Origin: Gammaproteobacteria bacterium | GTDB lineage: Bacteria > Pseudomonadota > Gammaproteobacteria > GCA-002705445 > GCA-002716945 | Assembly: GCA_047611265.1 (NCBI GenBank) | Contig: JBLFWM010000004.1 | Coordinates: 4,771 to 68,770 of the forward strand | Direction of reading: 5' to 3' | DNA: 64,000 nucleotides | Position numbers and translations under genes: made by a program | Notes under the pieces: model-generated | What the model was told of the DNA's origin: nothing | The model's input: only the letters and a program-made list of their open reading frames with translations | The model's database searches: none | Part shown: positions 62,807 to 64,000 of the stretch, one piece after another | Layout: the number at the start of each line of letters is the position of its first letter | Position numbering within the stretch: the first letter of the stretch is position 1

Positions 62807-64000
62807 ATGAAAAATGTAACTTGGTCCAGTAGATTCACAAAGCAAATTGACGCAGAAGTTTTAGATTTTAGTCAAAGCCTAAGCATTGATATTGTTCTAT
62901 ATGATGTTGATATTAGAGTGACATCTGCCCACGTACAAATGCTGTCTAGTTGTGGACACATTAAGCCGTCTGAGGCAAAAGCAATTATTAAGGGCCTGAA
63001 TACTATCAAAAAGATGGCAGAAAGTGATAAATTACCTTGGTCTATTGAATACGAAGATGTGCATATGAATATAGAAAATGCACTTGTTGGAATTATTGGA
63101 GATTTAGGTAAAAAGATACATCTTGGAAGATCAAGAAATGATTTGGTAACCACAGATTTAAGACTATATCTTAGAGATTTTATTGACCTTTACCTTGTTA
63201 AACTAAGAGAGACTCAGTATGTGCTCGCTAATATGGCTAAAGAGCATTCAGCTGCATTATTTCCAGGGTTTACACACATGCAAGTTGCACAACCCGTCAC
63301 GTTTGGGCACCACTTGCTTGCCTGGAATGAGATGTTATTTAGAGATGAAACTAGACTTCTGAATACTAGAGAAATTATGAATGAGATGCCGCTCGGGTCA
63401 GCAGCGTTATCAGGAAGTTCTTTAAAAATTGATCGGAAAATGGTTGCTAAAAGTTTAGGTTTTAAAAGCATCACATTAAACTCTATGGATGCGGTTAGCG
63501 ATAGGGACTATGTTTGTGATTTTGCTTATGCAAATAGCATGATTATGATGCATTTATCAAGGATTTCAGAAGAGCTTGTATTATGGATGAATCCGCAATT
63601 TGGACTAGTAGATTTAGATGAAGGATTTTGTACAGGCTCATCTATTATGCCTCAAAAGAAGAACCCCGATGTCCCGGAACTCATTAGAGGAAAAACAGGG
63701 TCAGTGTATGGTTCTTTAATGGGACTGTTAACTTTAATGAAAGGATTGCCTTTAACATATAACAGAGATATGCAAGAAGACAAGACTTTGATATTAGAGT
63801 CAATTGATACGACTATGAGTTGCTTAAGCTTGCTGCCAAGATTAATATCTACAATGAAGCTGAACAAGAATAAAGGAATTGAGATTGCATCAGGGTTTTT
63901 CTCAACAGCTACCGACTTAGCTGAATATTTGTCAAAAAAAGGTATGCCTTTTAGAACATCTCATCATGTAGTGGGTGATATTGTAAAATTTTGCGAGAAG
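62807..64000 (+). CDS. argH: argininosuccinate lyase, 3'-truncated by the window end
   Basis: Translation MKNVTWSSRFTKQ..., fumarate-lyase signature GSSIMPQKKNPD near 63640. Not in the ORF track because it runs off the window. Confidence 0.85.
   Translation, partial: MKNVTWSSRFTKQIDAEVLDFSQSLSIDIVLYDVDIRVTSAHVQMLSSCGHIKPSEAKAIIKGLNTIKKMAESDKLPWSIEYEDVHMNIENALVGIIGDLGKKIHLGRSRNDLVTTDLRLYLRDFIDLYLVKLRETQYVLANMAKEHSAALFPGFTHMQVAQPVTFGHHLLAWNEMLFRDETRLLNTREIMNEMPLGSAALSGSSLKIDRKMVAKSLGFKSITLNSMDAVSDRDYVCDFAYANSMIMMHLSRISEELVLWMNPQFGLVDLDEGFCTGSSIMPQKKNPDVPELIRGKTGSVYGSLMGLLTLMKGLPLTYNRDMQEDKTLILESIDTTMSCLSLLPRLISTMKLNKNKGIEIASGFFSTATDLAEYLSKKGMPFRTSHHVVGDIVKFCEK

Overview
AT-rich (about 30% GC) gammaproteobacterial chromosomal window spanning the replication-origin neighbourhood. 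Gene order is Pseudomonas-like: rpmH-rnpA-yidD-yidC-mnmE-mnmG-rsmG-parA-parB-atpIBEFHAGDC-glmU-glmS on the minus strand, diverging from dnaA-dnaN-recF-gyrB-xthA on the plus strand. Upstream of this are housekeeping and sulfur-related genes: ispA, a TusA / SQR-like / DUF1641 cluster, thiSG, trmB, a SulP permease, gmhB, an alpha2-type glycyl-tRNA synthetase, glnA-ntrB-ntrC with a sigma-54 promoter, gpsA-secB-rhodanese-ArsR, ctpA, bacterioferritin, and an apt-mtnP-mtnA salvage operon. No rRNA, tRNA or CRISPR was found. The features that stand out are: (i) three direct copies of the glmS 3'-terminal codons plus downstream sequence, which delimit two small decayed insertion islets (a methyltransferase, a secreted protein and a truncated recombinase-like fragment) exactly at the glmS 3' end, the classical attTn7-type hotspot; (ii) a passenger-less inverse-autotransporter (intimin/invasin-type) beta-barrel gene, tightly coupled to a separately Sec-exported Cys-rich protein; (iii) a class-II-aldolase/SDR fusion convergent on apt-mtnP-mtnA, a candidate fused DHAP-shunt enzyme for MTA/5'-dAdo salvage; (iv) an alpha2 GlyRS sitting where glyQ-glyS are in related genomes; (v) a 2-Cys ArsR (SqrR/BigR-like) paired with a rhodanese; (vi) an orphan Hjc-like PD-(D/E)xK nuclease-fold ORF; (vii) an orphan small ParF-like ParA.
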